A model generated the notes under the pieces. It was not told the origin of the DNA, searched no databases, and was given only the letters and a program-made list of their open reading frames with translations. A stretch of 63,393 nucleotides of DNA, filler included, from Rhabdomonas costata (taxonomy: Eukaryota), in NCBI GenBank assembly GCA_019059605.1. It is 50 parts of 50 records of this genome, joined end to end, with 100 filler letters (N's around TTAATTAATTAA, not from the genome) between each part and the next. Parts side by side here need not be neighbours in the genome. Positions count along the whole stretch, not along the records: positions 24,129 to 25,298 come from JAHMHO010025207.1; positions 25,399 to 26,568 come from JAHMHO010025208.1; positions 26,669 to 27,838 come from JAHMHO010025209.1; positions 27,939 to 29,108 come from JAHMHO010025210.1; positions 29,209 to 30,379 come from JAHMHO010025211.1; positions 30,480 to 31,649 come from JAHMHO010025212.1; positions 31,750 to 32,919 come from JAHMHO010025213.1; positions 33,020 to 34,189 come from JAHMHO010025214.1; 42 more parts are not named here. One strand, written 5' to 3'. Shown here one piece after another: positions 24,029 to 36,829 of this stretch. Within the stretch, counting starts at the first letter, position 1, and the number at the start of each line of letters is the position of its first letter. A program made the position numbers and the translations under genes.

Positions 24029-26321
24029 NNNNNNNNNNNNNNNNNNNNNNNNNNNNNNNNNNNNNNNNNNNNTTAATTAATTAANNNNNNNNNNNNNNNN
24101 NNNNNNNNNNNNNNNNNNNNNNNNNNNNTCTTTTTGGCGTGTTTTTATGCCGCTGGGCTTGGGTAGCATATGCTGTGTCTTGGTTGATACGAAAGGTTGA
24201 AAACTCTCGGTTTTAGGACCGTTTTCCGTTAGCACTGGTAACTTTTACCACTCACCCCACCCGAAGAATGAGGCAAAATCCATCAGGAATCATTTGCTAG
24301 AAACAGGGGGGGGGGGGTAATGGAAAATGGAGACCTCGTTGAGGAGAAACCAGAATGCCAGCACGGGCTGGGTGAGGAAGAAGATGAACAGGCTACCCTG
24401 GCAGGTCGGGTCTGTATCGCAGAGATTTTCGCATATGACGCAAAGACGCTGTCGCAAGGCAATGGTGCTTGAACCAAACTGCGTGTGAGTGAGTGTGAGT
24501 GTGAGTGTCTGTGCCTGAGTTTGATCCGTTAAATGACATCCTCTGCACCTTGTGCGCAGATGTCACATCCTTCTCCTTCCTGCACTCTTTAACTGAAGTC
24601 ATACTTCGCTTTCAATGCTTTTTTTGAACAACAAAGAAGAGACAGTGAAGGACAAAAACAGTGTTCCGACAGGGGCCAGACACACGGATCAGCATCGAGT
24701 CGGGGGGCTTGAGGCTTCCTAAAGTTGGGAGGTGAACCCTCCTGTGGCAACAAAAAGCGCTTACAGGTGGACAACCGTTTTGTGAGAAAAGGTTCTGGGG
24801 ATGTATCCGAGTGAATTTTTGACGACATAGGCAAAGAGATGAGGTCACTGCGCAAACACAGACTCAGACAGAGACACAGAAACCAGTGAATTCGGTCGGA
24901 AGTTGAAGCGGGGACATCAAAACTACTAAAGGCGCCCCGTAGTCCACCGCTGGCGCCTGCAACAAATAGCAAAGACAAAGGACAAAAATGCACGAGCCAG
25001 TTGTCGAAGGCAAAGACAACCCATCTCAGAGGCAGCTTATAATGAGAACACAAGGTTTCAAGACGACGGGTGCTGGCGGTACGTACAAAGAAGCGAGAGC
25101 TGTTGTCGGAGTCCAGGATAGCAAACGTGGGAACCCGAGTGAATGGGGCGAAGTCACTCCAGTACAGCGCCGTGGGGTCCTGCACGGAAAAGAAAACCGG
25201 AAAACACAAAACGTGCAGCTCAACACAAAAAAAGAGCCGAACTTCAGCTGTCAACGAGTCGAATCATGAACAACTTGATGGGAATGACACCAAAACCCNN
25301 NNNNNNNNNNNNNNNNNNNNNNNNNNNNNNNNNNNNNNNNNNTTAATTAATTAANNNNNNNNNNNNNNNNNNNNNNNNNNNNNNNNNNNNNNNNNNNNGG
25401 GTGGGTGGGGATTTCGGTGAATCTTGACCTTAGTGAGCAGGTCTAAAACATTTTAGCTCGTTGGCCTTCCTGACGTTTTTTTTGTTTCTTGGGTTTGTCT
25501 GGTCTTCGTTCGCACAGGATTCCCTTGTTTTGGTCAACCTCGCGGCATGCTTCAACCCAGACCACCTGCTCTACACCTGGGCTCGCCAGGAAATCTCCAG
25601 CGACTCTGCTGGAAGCTCTGTATCCGTGGTAATCATCGCGGTACGGCCGTGCTCTCGACCTCATTTTTGGTGCTACCTTTGTGGGGGGGGGGCTGCGCGT
25701 AGTGATGCCAGGAGGGCGGATACCATTGCGATGGTTTACCCCCTTCTTAGGCTCTACGTTCCCACCTGAATGTGAAGTGTTTATGAGCAAACAATTAATT
25801 TCTGGAATCTGTTAGGTGCACTGTATGAGGAAAGCCCTTGTAACCTGCCCTACAGCAAGGGCACAGTGGCCGCTCAACCTGCCCTCGTCCTCAAACATTT
25901 GGTTCAGCGAAAAGGCCTGTTACGCCGAGGTGTCAGGTGTCTCGTGTCAGGTGTCTCTCCTGCTCATTTCTGCCTTTTAGAATTCTCGTCTTCTCGCACA
26001 GCTTCCTCATGGGACCCTGGAGGTCGTGGAAAACGACTTTCTATGGCCCTTTCGTTGGATCATACCCACGAGCGAGTCCTCGGCCTCGGAGTGGTCTGGA
26101 ATTCCTCCTCGTGCTATTGTTGACAAGGTGGGGCACCGCGTCGGAATTATCTCTGGGTATGTTTGCACGTACACGCCGAAAACGGGCGCCGCGGTCTACG
26201 TTACTGCTTTCCTCACCTTCACCTATCTCCTCCGCACTGATCTCACCCTACAAGCCATCCGCTTCAAGCCTGACAAGCTCACCCATACACACTACTGGAG
26301 ACCTCTCTCCACGTTCTTCCC

Positions 26322-26566
26322 GTTGGTGCTCAATTGTCAAATGCGCTTTTCGGCGTTGGCTTCTAGTATGTTTCATTCAGTCACTGCTCTTCGCCGTTAG
26401 TCGTGAAAGCCTGGGAGCTAAAGAGAGGCTTGGGGCTTAATCGGAGCTGAAGGGTCAACTAGAAATTGCGTAGAATAAAAATGGGAAAGAAAGCTTCTTA
26501 ACAGTGACTGAATGAAACATACTAGAAGCCAACGCCGAAAAGCGCATTTGACAATTGAGCACCAAC
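26322..26566. repeat. Perfect 65-bp inverted repeat (26322-26386 and 26502-26566) ending at the contig end; probable amplification fold-back
   Basis: Arms are exact reverse complements; the outer end coincides with a G/T-rich priming-type site. Confidence 0.9.
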
Positions 26567-28512
26567 ACNNNNNNNNNNNNNNNNNNNNNNNNNNNNNNNN
26601 NNNNNNNNNNNNTTAATTAATTAANNNNNNNNNNNNNNNNNNNNNNNNNNNNNNNNNNNNNNNNNNNNTGTGGGTTGTGATGCGACGTCATCGGTATATG
26701 TTGCACCCCTTACGTCGTATGCGTCATTGCAAAAAGATTTCGACCTAATAACAGTCATTGTGCATTGCGAGACTGCAATCATCATCATGGAACTTCGGCA
26801 GACGTGAGCTACGGTGTTGTGGAACACTTCCAACTGCGACACAGAGTCAGTGCCACGTGGGATGCGGTCAGTGCCACTGTCAAGCAATCCAAACTTTATG
26901 TCACGCGCGATGTTGTCAGCAGGTCAGGGCAGTAACCCGCAAACAAAATACCCCCGACTGACGCGCGATGCGAAGTAGTGGTATAAAAAACCGGAAGCCA
27001 ACCGGAGTCACGTGCAATGCGGCCGGTTCCTCTGCTGGGAGATGCTGCGCCGCCGCCACTTGTGTTGCGAAGCATCACAGGAAGCCTGTGTTTAAAGATC
27101 GAGTGTTGCAACATCCAGTGAATGGTAGAAGTACCAGTATGGTAAGTCGGGAAAGTGCGTGATTCACACTGACAAAATACAGGCGTGATGGGGAAAGATT
27201 TTTCATCAGTTAACACCGACCACGACCAGGAATTCTATCACTACCACTGTTAGATGTTACCCATGTCCCACGCCACTCTTCCATCTAGGCGCACAGTCCC
27301 ACTTTCATTCTTGTGTTTTTTGGTGCACCACACTCTGCCTTACAACACTACACTACACCTATGACTGAAGCCTCTTAACAGGCTCGAAAGACCCTGCTGG
27401 TCTCGACAGTCAGTTCCGCACCTCCGCAATGGGCCCAAGAGCTGTTCCAGAGCATTGTGGAGCTCCGGAACCATGTCTAAGCGCTCCTTCTGGGCCATCC
27501 ACTTTACACAACGTCCCCGCGTACCCTGCACAGCCGTCGACCGAATCCCTGACCTTTTTGGAGCTCGACCGCCGCCTGCCTGATTTTCTCAAGACACTGC
27601 TCCCTCTGCTTGCCTAAAACCTCACCCTGACTGACAAACGCGCGGCTCCACTAATTCAAGCCGTGTATGCCTCACTTGTCTCTTGGCTCCTTTCCAAGAC
27701 GCTCCCGTCTTCCCCCGCTCCCACAGAGCCCCTACTGGACCACCACCTACACCTTACGCTACACGCCCGGAGCGCTCCCACTCCCATCATTACGATCGTT
27801 TTGTGTCCATCAACGGACGCACATACACAACACCCCCCNNNNNNNNNNNNNNNNNNNNNNNNNNNNNNNNNNNNNNNNNNNNTTAATTAATTAANNNNNN
27901 NNNNNNNNNNNNNNNNNNNNNNNNNNNNNNNNNNNNNNGTTGGGTGTGGATACTGTCAGGCACCGAAATCGGCTCGAATCCATATGGTAGTCAAACACGC
28001 TGGTCTCGATCACGCGTTAGGCTGAAGGCAACTCTGTGGAACGCGGGTGCCTGGTTGGGGTTGGGGACATAAGTTGCCTTAATCTTGAGCAGTCGCGAGA
28101 CTTAAGATGACTGGGAAAGGTCTTTCTCTCTCACTCACTCTCTCACACAAACATCACACAAACATATCACAAGCACACTCATCGTTGGTCCCTCCCAACT
28201 TGCGGTACACACAACTCCCCCCTACCCCTGTTTTTTTTCTTTCATCTTTTTCTATCTCTCTCCTCCCTCCGATCTCTGTCCCAAAATTTGATGTAATTGT
28301 TTGCTGTCACGTTTGCCATTCACTCGTGATTTGGTCTCCTGCCTTGCTTCTTTTAGCTTAGTCTCGTTCCTCTGCTATTTATTGTTCCCTTTTTGCAGAT
28401 CGCTGTGCAAGGTACGCTTCTGTGCTCAGTGTTTTTCGCTCTTTTGCTGCCGATCACCTGACAAGCAAACAAATCAGAACACAACGCATCACACACACGC
28501 ACACACACAGAC

Positions 28513-28990
28513 CCGGCCGAAAAGCCTGGCCTCGTACTGCGAGAGCTGCCGCATGAAGTTCCTGTTCGGGCATACGCACGGCCGCAGTTCCGAAACCCTC
28601 TGCAGGGCCGCGGTGAAGGTCAGGCGGTATTCCCGCATCAGGAACCCGATCACAAGGCTGGCCGACCGGCTCACCCCCGCCGCGCAGTGCACCAGCACCA
28701 CCCCACCCTGGGCCAGCGCGCCGTGGATGAACTGCAACGGGCCGTCGAAGTCGATGTGCTCCGTGAGGTCGTCGCGGAGGTTGCAGTTGTAGTAGGAGAG
28801 CTGGTTGGGGAAGAAGTTCGGGTGGTCGTCCGTGGCGTTCACCACGTGCGTCACTCCGGCCTTCCGCAGCAGCGCCAGAGAGCTCGCCCCGAAGCGGTCC
28901 CCCAGGTACAGCCGGCGTTCCACAATGCAGCTCATCGGGGGATCCGTGCGGGGCCTCTGCGCCATGTGCAACCCAACGGAGCTGTCTGGC
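28513..28990 (-). CDS. Dual-specificity protein phosphatase catalytic-domain exon
   Basis: LYLG...GVTHVVN...VLVHCAAGVSRSAS...RPCVCPNRNFMRQL; intact HCX5R motif; donor GTCTGT. Confidence 0.95.
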
Positions 28991-29619
28991 TTGCGGGAGG
29001 GGTCGGGGGGTTGTGCGGCAAGCGAACACTGCTCGGCGCTGGAATGGGTTCAAACGCTGCCCCCCGGCACAAAGAAAAAGGCAAAGCAAAAAGGGTCCTT
29101 CACTGAAANNNNNNNNNNNNNNNNNNNNNNNNNNNNNNNNNNNNNNNNNNNNTTAATTAATTAANNNNNNNNNNNNNNNNNNNNNNNNNNNNNNNNNNNN
29201 NNNNNNNNTGGACGTATAGCATTTCCAGCAATGGGACGCAACATTGCATCTCCATACATATCCTCTTGGGAGTTCTCCTCATCCGTCTCATTCTGTGGAG
29301 AATCCTCAAGATGGACTCGCAGCGTGTCAAGCAACCCCTCGGGGGCCCTTGTTCACCAAGCTTTGCGGACCTTCTATCCGCCTTTTGAAACGCTCCGCCA
29401 TGCGTTCTCCCCAAGCGGCTGCACGTACGGTCTCTGTCCGTACTCTCCTTTCCGCAACTTCCGACAACCTCCGACTCACTCTTCTGGAATTTTCAGTCGG
29501 GCTCGCTGAACTTCTCTGTGGCCTGACACTTCGGTCTGTGGGTGGGGCTGAACCATCGTCGACCCTATCATCATCTGGTCCTTCTTCCGCATCTTCATCG
29601 CCATCACCTTCATCCTCGG

Positions 29620-30379
29620 GTAACATCCAACACTCTTGTCTCGTACGGGATTAGATCACTTGAATGGAACACTGGATGCGCTCTCCCCCGCACTTCCTTA
29701 GGAATGTCTAACACGAAGGTCGTATCTGTAATCTACTTGTTGATGGTAAACGGTCCCACGGCCTTTGGCATAAGCTTACCTGGTGGGTCTCCAAACCTCC
29801 CTTGGTAATGCCTCCTCTTACTGATCAACACATCATGACCCACACTGAACTTGTAATCTGCCCTCTTGCGATTGGCATAGGCTGCGGCCTTCTGCTTTTC
29901 TCTCTCAAATGCCTCCCGCACCTTCTTCCAAATCGCCTTCATTCTCTTGACCTGGTACCTCACTGGAGCTCTCGCTGCTCCTGGACCTGGCTCTGCGGTC
30001 TCTGGCAGATCCCACCAAAACACTGGATGATACCCGTAGTTGAGGTATAAGTGACTGTACTCCGTGTTTGCGATGGGTGCACTGTTGATCGCAATCTCCA
30101 CCAACACCAAAAGGTCCATCCAACCTGTTCCCGGATGCGAATGCATCAGCGTGGTCATCACCTGCTTCATGGTCTGATTGGTTCGCTCTGCTTGTCCGTT
30201 GGTCTGTGGATGGTATGGCGAGGATCTTCTGCTCTGAATGTCCAAGAAAGCCATCAAATGTCTCCAGAACAACGACATGAAGATCGGATCTCTGTCACTA
30301 ACTATACTCCTCGGCAACCCATGATGTCTGACCACTTCCCACCAAAACAACTCCGCAATGTCGTGGGCATTCATCTCAT
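29620..30379 (-). mobile_element. Ty3/Gypsy LTR retrotransposon integrase, degenerate
   Basis: HGLPRSIVSDRD...SSPYHPQTNGQAERTN core and GPF motif (VGPFTI); premature TAG at 29733-29735, after which homology continues (HPVFHSSDL). Confidence 0.92.
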
Positions 30380-30483
30380 NNNNNNNNNNNNNNNNNNNNN
30401 NNNNNNNNNNNNNNNNNNNNNNNTTAATTAATTAANNNNNNNNNNNNNNNNNNNNNNNNNNNNNNNNNNNNNNNNNNNNGTGT

Positions 30484-30644
30484 TTGTGGACAGACATATT
30501 TTATTTGAGTTTATTTGACTTTTTTTTTGACTAAAACACTGAGCACTGATAAAGCAAGCTTAGTATGTTAGTCTAAAGTAAGCTTAGTATTTTAGTCAAA
30601 AAAAAAAAGTTAAATAAACTCAAATAAAATATGTCTGTCCACAA
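30484..30644. mobile_element. AT-rich imperfect palindrome with ~60-bp arms; MITE-like
   Basis: TTGTGGACAGACATATTTTATTTGAGTTTATTT... pairs with its reverse complement ending at 30644; several mismatches and a T-run length difference; internal AAGCTTAGTAT repeats. Confidence 0.55.
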
Positions 30645-33600
30645 TATACCTAACCTCCATATTTCCAAACTAAATGCATTCAGACGTTGTTGTGTTTACG
30701 GTGCAAGGTATTTATTTTAAATCTTGGGCTGGAAATGAAAGGATGTACTGCGTGCTGACGAAGTAGGCGCAACCGCGCACAAACATGCCTATACCTTGCA
30801 GACCCGCTGGTGGTGGAGGTACCCCCAGAGCTCGGGCGAGGGGAGTTGGTGGCTACCATTGCGGGCTGGAACCCGCTCCCTCACTCCCTCCAGTCAGCCT
30901 GTCAGAGGCTCACAGGGCGGCCGCCACGGCCACAACCGCGAGAAAAAATGCCACCATGCAATTCCATTTTCACCGCGAAAAGAGAGCTCCAATCCACAAC
31001 AGAAGCACAGGACACACTGGTGGATCACCCCCCCCCCAAAAAAAATAGGAACCACTCGTACGCACGATGTGCATCAACACCTACCGCGGTAACAAGCATC
31101 GCAGGTCATTTCGCGCGGCAACTTTTTAAATGGAAGGGGGTGGACACGGTACCAGCGAAAGGATGGGCCAATTTTGGGTGTATTGCTCGAAGTTGAAGGG
31201 GGGGGGTTATCAGCAACGGGATGCCTAGCAAGTCATGAGATTTGTAACAGGATGGTTGGTTGTGGGCACTTTAAGCTACATATCAATTGGCGTGCGCGAA
31301 GCCGCAAAAAGTAAAGCATCAAGGGACACGCAAGGTCGGCTGTGTCATTGGGAAGTTGCTGCTGCTGCTTAGAATAGGGGCCACTTCAGGAGAGCGGAAC
31401 AACGACGTAGTAAACCATCCGTGAAAGCCTAATCACAAAAACGAGGAATCCAAGCCATTTAACCACTGTAACAAATGTTGTCATCGCAGTGATGGGCTGT
31501 GGGGTTGGACCTCATGTTGGAGCAATCCCAGCATCTTTCTCCGCAAAAAAGGGACTTCGACGAACTCCGAGGTATTCCACGGATGGCAAGGCAAATATTC
31601 TCCTCCCCGAGAAGAGCAGCCGTACAGCTAGAGCGGCAAGTCGCAAGTANNNNNNNNNNNNNNNNNNNNNNNNNNNNNNNNNNNNNNNNNNNNTTAATTA
31701 ATTAANNNNNNNNNNNNNNNNNNNNNNNNNNNNNNNNNNNNNNNNNNNNGTTGCGGCGTACCACCAGCAGCGCGGCGCACACCACGGCGGCTGTGGCCTT
31801 GGGGCAGAACTTGGGGTCGGTGGGCCGGCCAGTGAGGTGATGCGCCCCAGCAAAGGTGTCATAAAAGTGGCGCTGCCGCAGGAAGAGCTCCCAGGAGTCC
31901 CCTGAGAGTTCCACTTGCTCGATGCCGTCTGGTGAGCTCATCACAGAAACGCAACACAGCAAAATAGAGACACACACTGGGTGCACAACCAGGAACACAA
32001 GGGGATTTCCGCTTGCTAGTGGAGCTGGTGGAGTTGAGGTCTTGGAAACACTTGGGAGCCCTTTGGGAAGCAGAATGACGTCTGAATGACGAAGGCTTGC
32101 AGTGGAGGGCAGCCCCCAAAAAACGGCTTTTGGAGTGAGGGGGGCACTACTACGTAGCGCTCACTGCTGAGTAGGGCACTCCAGCGCAGCATCTCAGACC
32201 GGGCGGTGTCCGAGTGGGTCTGCGCATCGCTTCCGTAGGCATTTTCCTAGGCGTGTTTGCTATCACAAAGTTTATATATTCTGATTCTGCTCCAACTCTC
32301 ACTTTTGCCTTGGCCCCGGCCACACTTTGGTGGCGGAAGCTAAAACCACGTCATCTTTTCGAAGTCAACAGTTCTTCCGTCAAAAGTAGTGGCTCACAAT
32401 CGGAGGCAGCAACCCTGTGCGCACCATCAATCATAACTTTCCTTTCTTTTTACTAGAGACTCCTTTGAAAACAGTACACGGAGGGCTATTGCAAGGAATC
32501 ATCTTCAGCTCTAAACCAACGGGAGATGTCGACCTGCAGTTTGCTTCCAAAATTAAGCTGCTCCGATCCACCGCAGTTGCTGAACGCAATTAGAGCACGA
32601 CCTCTGTCCAAAGAGAATGAGCCGGTTCCACAAAAACACAATATTCTGCAGTTCTAACAACTAATACATAAAATCAAATCAATCAGATTTAATGATTTGT
32701 GCGAACGAGGGGATGAAATGTGTGCCCATGTGTGTACACGTGTGTAGAGTGCATGGATTCAGGCAGAGAGAGGCGGATGGGGCAGCGGAAGTCGGGATGA
32801 GCGACTCGGGAGGGGAGGACGAGCTTTCCTGCATCCGTGCAGCTTGGCACGCAACATTCAATTGACGGCAGAGCTGCCGAGCGCCTTCCAAGATGCGATG
32901 GAAGGGTTACCCCAACCCCNNNNNNNNNNNNNNNNNNNNNNNNNNNNNNNNNNNNNNNNNNNNTTAATTAATTAANNNNNNNNNNNNNNNNNNNNNNNNN
33001 NNNNNNNNNNNNNNNNNNNGGTTTTTTCCAGAGAGGAATTTACCGTGGAGACTGCCGCGGGCCCTGCCCCTGGAACCAAATAGCTTGCTGGTGCTCGAGG
33101 CGATGGGCATGCCCTCCACTTTACCGTTGCTCCTGGCGCAGGGTGCACGCTGGTTTGGCGCCTGCCCATTTCTTCAAAGCCCCTGTCCACTGGTTTGAGA
33201 AGATTGCTGACGACATTGGGGGGGGGGCACCCCAATACAGGCACCCCGATAATGGGCTCAGGCTGGCACCTTGCTCAGTAGAATCAGAACATGAAGCAGT
33301 AGCGTGAAAAGCGGAGAGCGGAGAGCGAAACAAACCTGAAGCAATGTAGGATACTGCTCTCGTTGATGATTCTCCGAGGATTGCTTTCATTATGTAGCAC
33401 CGATGTGATCTCCTGACCTCCATCTGCAAGTGAAATCACATTTTTACATTCGTGATTCCTGTTTCGTCTTCCAGGGCTAAGGTCTAGGCCCGAGATATCC
33501 GAGTTGTGGAGCCCCACCTCCAACTCCTTTGCTCCCCTGTCCTCAATCAATTCAGTTGTGTCTGGCACACTGCTTCGCCAAACTCTGCCCCTCCGCTTCT

Positions 33601-35562
33601 GTTGTTTCTTGCTTGTTGGTTGTTTACTGTACTGTGCAACTTGGAGGCATGTGTGGCTGTACGTGTAGTCTGTCACTGTCACTGTGTGTCGCGCACGTTT
33701 TGTTCACTTTTGTTCTGCTCGTTGTTGCTCCGGTGAGGTGGGCTTCGGGAGGGCGCCATGCATGTATGCTGTTTTTCGCTCATGTCATTCATTCCATTCA
33801 TCATGAGCTATTATCACGGATCCACCCTGGGGGTGGTGGGTGTTGCTTTCTGCAAGTGGTTGCACTATACTGTAAACAATCACACCGAATTGGGTTTGGT
33901 CGCCACCCCAGAACTTTTTTAATGATGATTGCGCCGAAAGGTTGCAAATAGTAGAAAGCCTTCTGTGCCACTGGTCAGCCACTCCTCGGCGTGAAGTTAC
34001 GAGGCACGGAGGCACGGATGACCCCCCACACCTTCATATGCCGTCATGCTGAACTCGACAACTTTGTGTTCAGTGTGCAAAAAGTGCCCCTCCGAGATGC
34101 GCAGAGTGCGCAAGACCACCCAGCCCAGGAGAAATTGAGCTTAATTGGGGTTTTCTTTTTCGTTAGGTTCATTTTGAAAAACCAAAACCNNNNNNNNNNN
34201 NNNNNNNNNNNNNNNNNNNNNNNNNNNNNNNNNTTAATTAATTAANNNNNNNNNNNNNNNNNNNNNNNNNNNNNNNNNNNNNNNNNNNNGTGTTGGGTGT
34301 GTGTGGTTGTTTGTGTCTCTGGTTCACTGCGAAGCGGTGGGTTGGGTGTTTTCCACCACTGCGCGTGCACTCTCTGAGACTTAATTCTTTTGTAGATTAT
34401 CTCTACCGTCACATTTTGCTTGCTTAAGGCCTCCCTCCAGCCCTGAAGGATGATGAACGGTAGTGAGGATGAAAAGCAAAGGGGGTATTTCGGATGCAAG
34501 GAGGTGCGTTGAGCAGTCTGAGATTGAAATTGTTTCTGAGCTTCAATCGGGAGGTGATGTGCACTCACTTGCACCTGTTGCTCGTTCAGACTGGATCAAA
34601 GGAAGTCCTTTCTGTAGACATATCTACTCGCGCTCATTCGGTGGCTCATCCTCCCACAGCGGAAGCCTCCCTCTCTGCTGTACGAGCACATCAGGGAAGT
34701 GGATGGAGAAGAAGAACGTCAAGGTGAGTTCCGTGCCCTGTCGTGGCCTGTCTTACCATCCTTTGCATCTGCGGAACTGCGCTTTTCATGTCATGAGTGG
34801 TTTTCCTGTATGGCTGTCGCTTCCGGTTCGCGCCTTGCCGTACGCGCCGTTCAGTGTATGTATGCTACACGCATTGTGCATATTTTTCAGACTTTTCAAT
34901 TTTTTCGGCGGATACCTGCGTCATTGTTGTTAGCTGTTTGCCTCTCTGTGAGTTGTGAGCAGCGGTTTCGCTTCGCGGTGCATACTAGGGCTCGATTAGT
35001 ATTGCGAGCTTGACAAAAAAAGAAACAACACACACACAGCCACAGACAAAGCCGTATTCACCTCGCCTTTAGTCCGGAAAATAGTAGCACAAATCAAGCA
35101 GGACGAGTCCCAAAAGTGCACTATGTACAAATGCGGGTGGAATGGTGTAGAAAGGAGCACAAGGACGACCATCAACCGAGAAGATTTGTTTTTGAAAGAA
35201 GTGACTTCTCGTGTCCATTCATCAATTCTACAAGTGAGCAAGGCAAGAGTAGAGCTGCTGAAGGTCCATCGTAAACAGAGTGAAAAAAAGTAGCATGGGC
35301 GGTGTGGAACACCAAGAGAATAATAGAGAGGTGGGATGAAGGAGTCCGGAAAATCCGGAAGTTCTCCCGGTTTCAGAGGGTCGTCCCTCTCGCGGCGGGG
35401 AGCTTATCTCTGCAGTTCGGTTCAAAGAGACATCTTCAAACGGTTACCAAAAACCCCACNNNNNNNNNNNNNNNNNNNNNNNNNNNNNNNNNNNNNNNNN
35501 NNNTTAATTAATTAANNNNNNNNNNNNNNNNNNNNNNNNNNNNNNNNNNNNNNNNNNNNTGG

Positions 35563-35618
35563 GTTTAAACCAAGCAATACCAGCTAGCCATGGCTAGCTG
35601 GTATTGCTTGGTTTAAAC
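35563..35618. repeat. Perfect 56-bp loopless palindrome at contig start
   Basis: Centre CCA|TGG at 35590/35591; probable fold-back artefact. Confidence 0.9.
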
Positions 35619-35847
35619 AACCTCTTCCACATCCAGTAAAAAAACCACAACCTGTTGATGGGACTGTGGATTTGCTTACGCACCGTGTGGAATGGTATCC
35701 AACAAGACTCCAACACTCTTGACGTCGGTACTGCTCGGGACGTCGCCTCCCCCATCAACTGCTATTGTGGTCTCGTGGGGAACGACCTATGAACGTTCTG
35801 CGGTGAGCAATCAACGGTTTCACCGGGGCAACTTCCACTTGCTCTGC

Positions 35848-36729
35848 TTACAACATTCCTGTGGTGGGGGGTGTGATTAGAAATAAATCTACCGCTGAAA
35901 GCGCCTGGATGTCGTATATTCTTCCTCCTATCCACACCTTGACATTTCTGCGCTTCGAACCTATCTGTGGCTGTAGCCTCGTCAAAAATGGATAGCCCAG
36001 ATCCACTGGAATTGCAGTCTTGATCACTCTCAAAAACAATACGATCGGCATGGCACCCAACCTTCCGACAACTCGGACAAAGTGCGTCACGGGAAGTCCT
36101 TCCCCGTTCGCAACTATCACCTTAAGCTTCTGCTGCAAAGGGTACATCTGAAAACGGAATATCTGGAACAAATCCTGACTTGTAAACTAATATAAAGCTC
36201 CAGATTCCAGTAAAGCCGTAACTTGGGTGTTCCCAATCCACAACGGCAAGAATGGAATGGCAACACGAACAGCGGTACCGGTGTACTTTATTTCTCTCTT
36301 CGAATGCTGCTCAACGCTGTCTTTGCTAAATCATACATATACTCATCTGAAAACTCGTCTACTACCACACTCGCAAAGCTCTGTGAAATGCTCGGACTCG
36401 GGAGATTCCTCCCAAATCTTAGGCGAGTGTCCACCTCTGACCATTACGGAGATGTATCATTCGTATCCCAACACCACCAACTGCGGTTTTTAAACTTCTC
36501 GCTTCTCTTTATTGGGCGGTTGCTGACGACCAATAATTCTGCGTCCGTTATCTTTCTCCCGATAACATTTCGCGCAATTCCCTTCTTCTCTGGACAAATT
36601 CCGGATCTTTCTTGCTCCAATTCAACGCCATTTCCTGCCCTGAATCACTCCTGCCGTCTTCCGCTGACTTAAACATCATGAATGAGCCCACGCGTGAGCT
36701 TTCTGTCGAAGGGACTCTGACCCAACACA
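35848..36729 (-). pseudogene. Decayed Ty3/Gypsy gag-protease relic
   Basis: WIGNTQVTALLESGALY* is a retropepsin ALLDSGA with D changed to E plus a stop; followed by VIVANG and DLGYPFL motifs; degenerate zinc knuckle upstream. Confidence 0.7.
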
Positions 36730-36829
36730 NNNNNNNNNNNNNNNNNNNNNNNNNNNNNNNNNNNNNNNNNNNNTTAATTAATTAANNNNNNNNNNNNNNN
36801 NNNNNNNNNNNNNNNNNNNNNNNNNNNNN

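Noticed and set aside
26322-26566. Perfect 65-bp inverted repeat as a biological hairpin or structured intron
   Set aside because: Zero mismatches and the arm ends exactly at a G/T priming-type site at the contig end; best explained by template switching
29733-29735. In-frame TAG in the integrase (and one in the protease relic near 36187) as evidence of nuclear stop-codon reassignment
   Set aside because: These elements show other decay (catalytic D changed to E, frameshifts), and long host frames (RCC1, NACHT, DUSP) have no in-frame stops
35563-35618. Perfect loopless palindrome
   Set aside because: Sits at the contig start next to G/T primer-like bases; likely fold-back artefact
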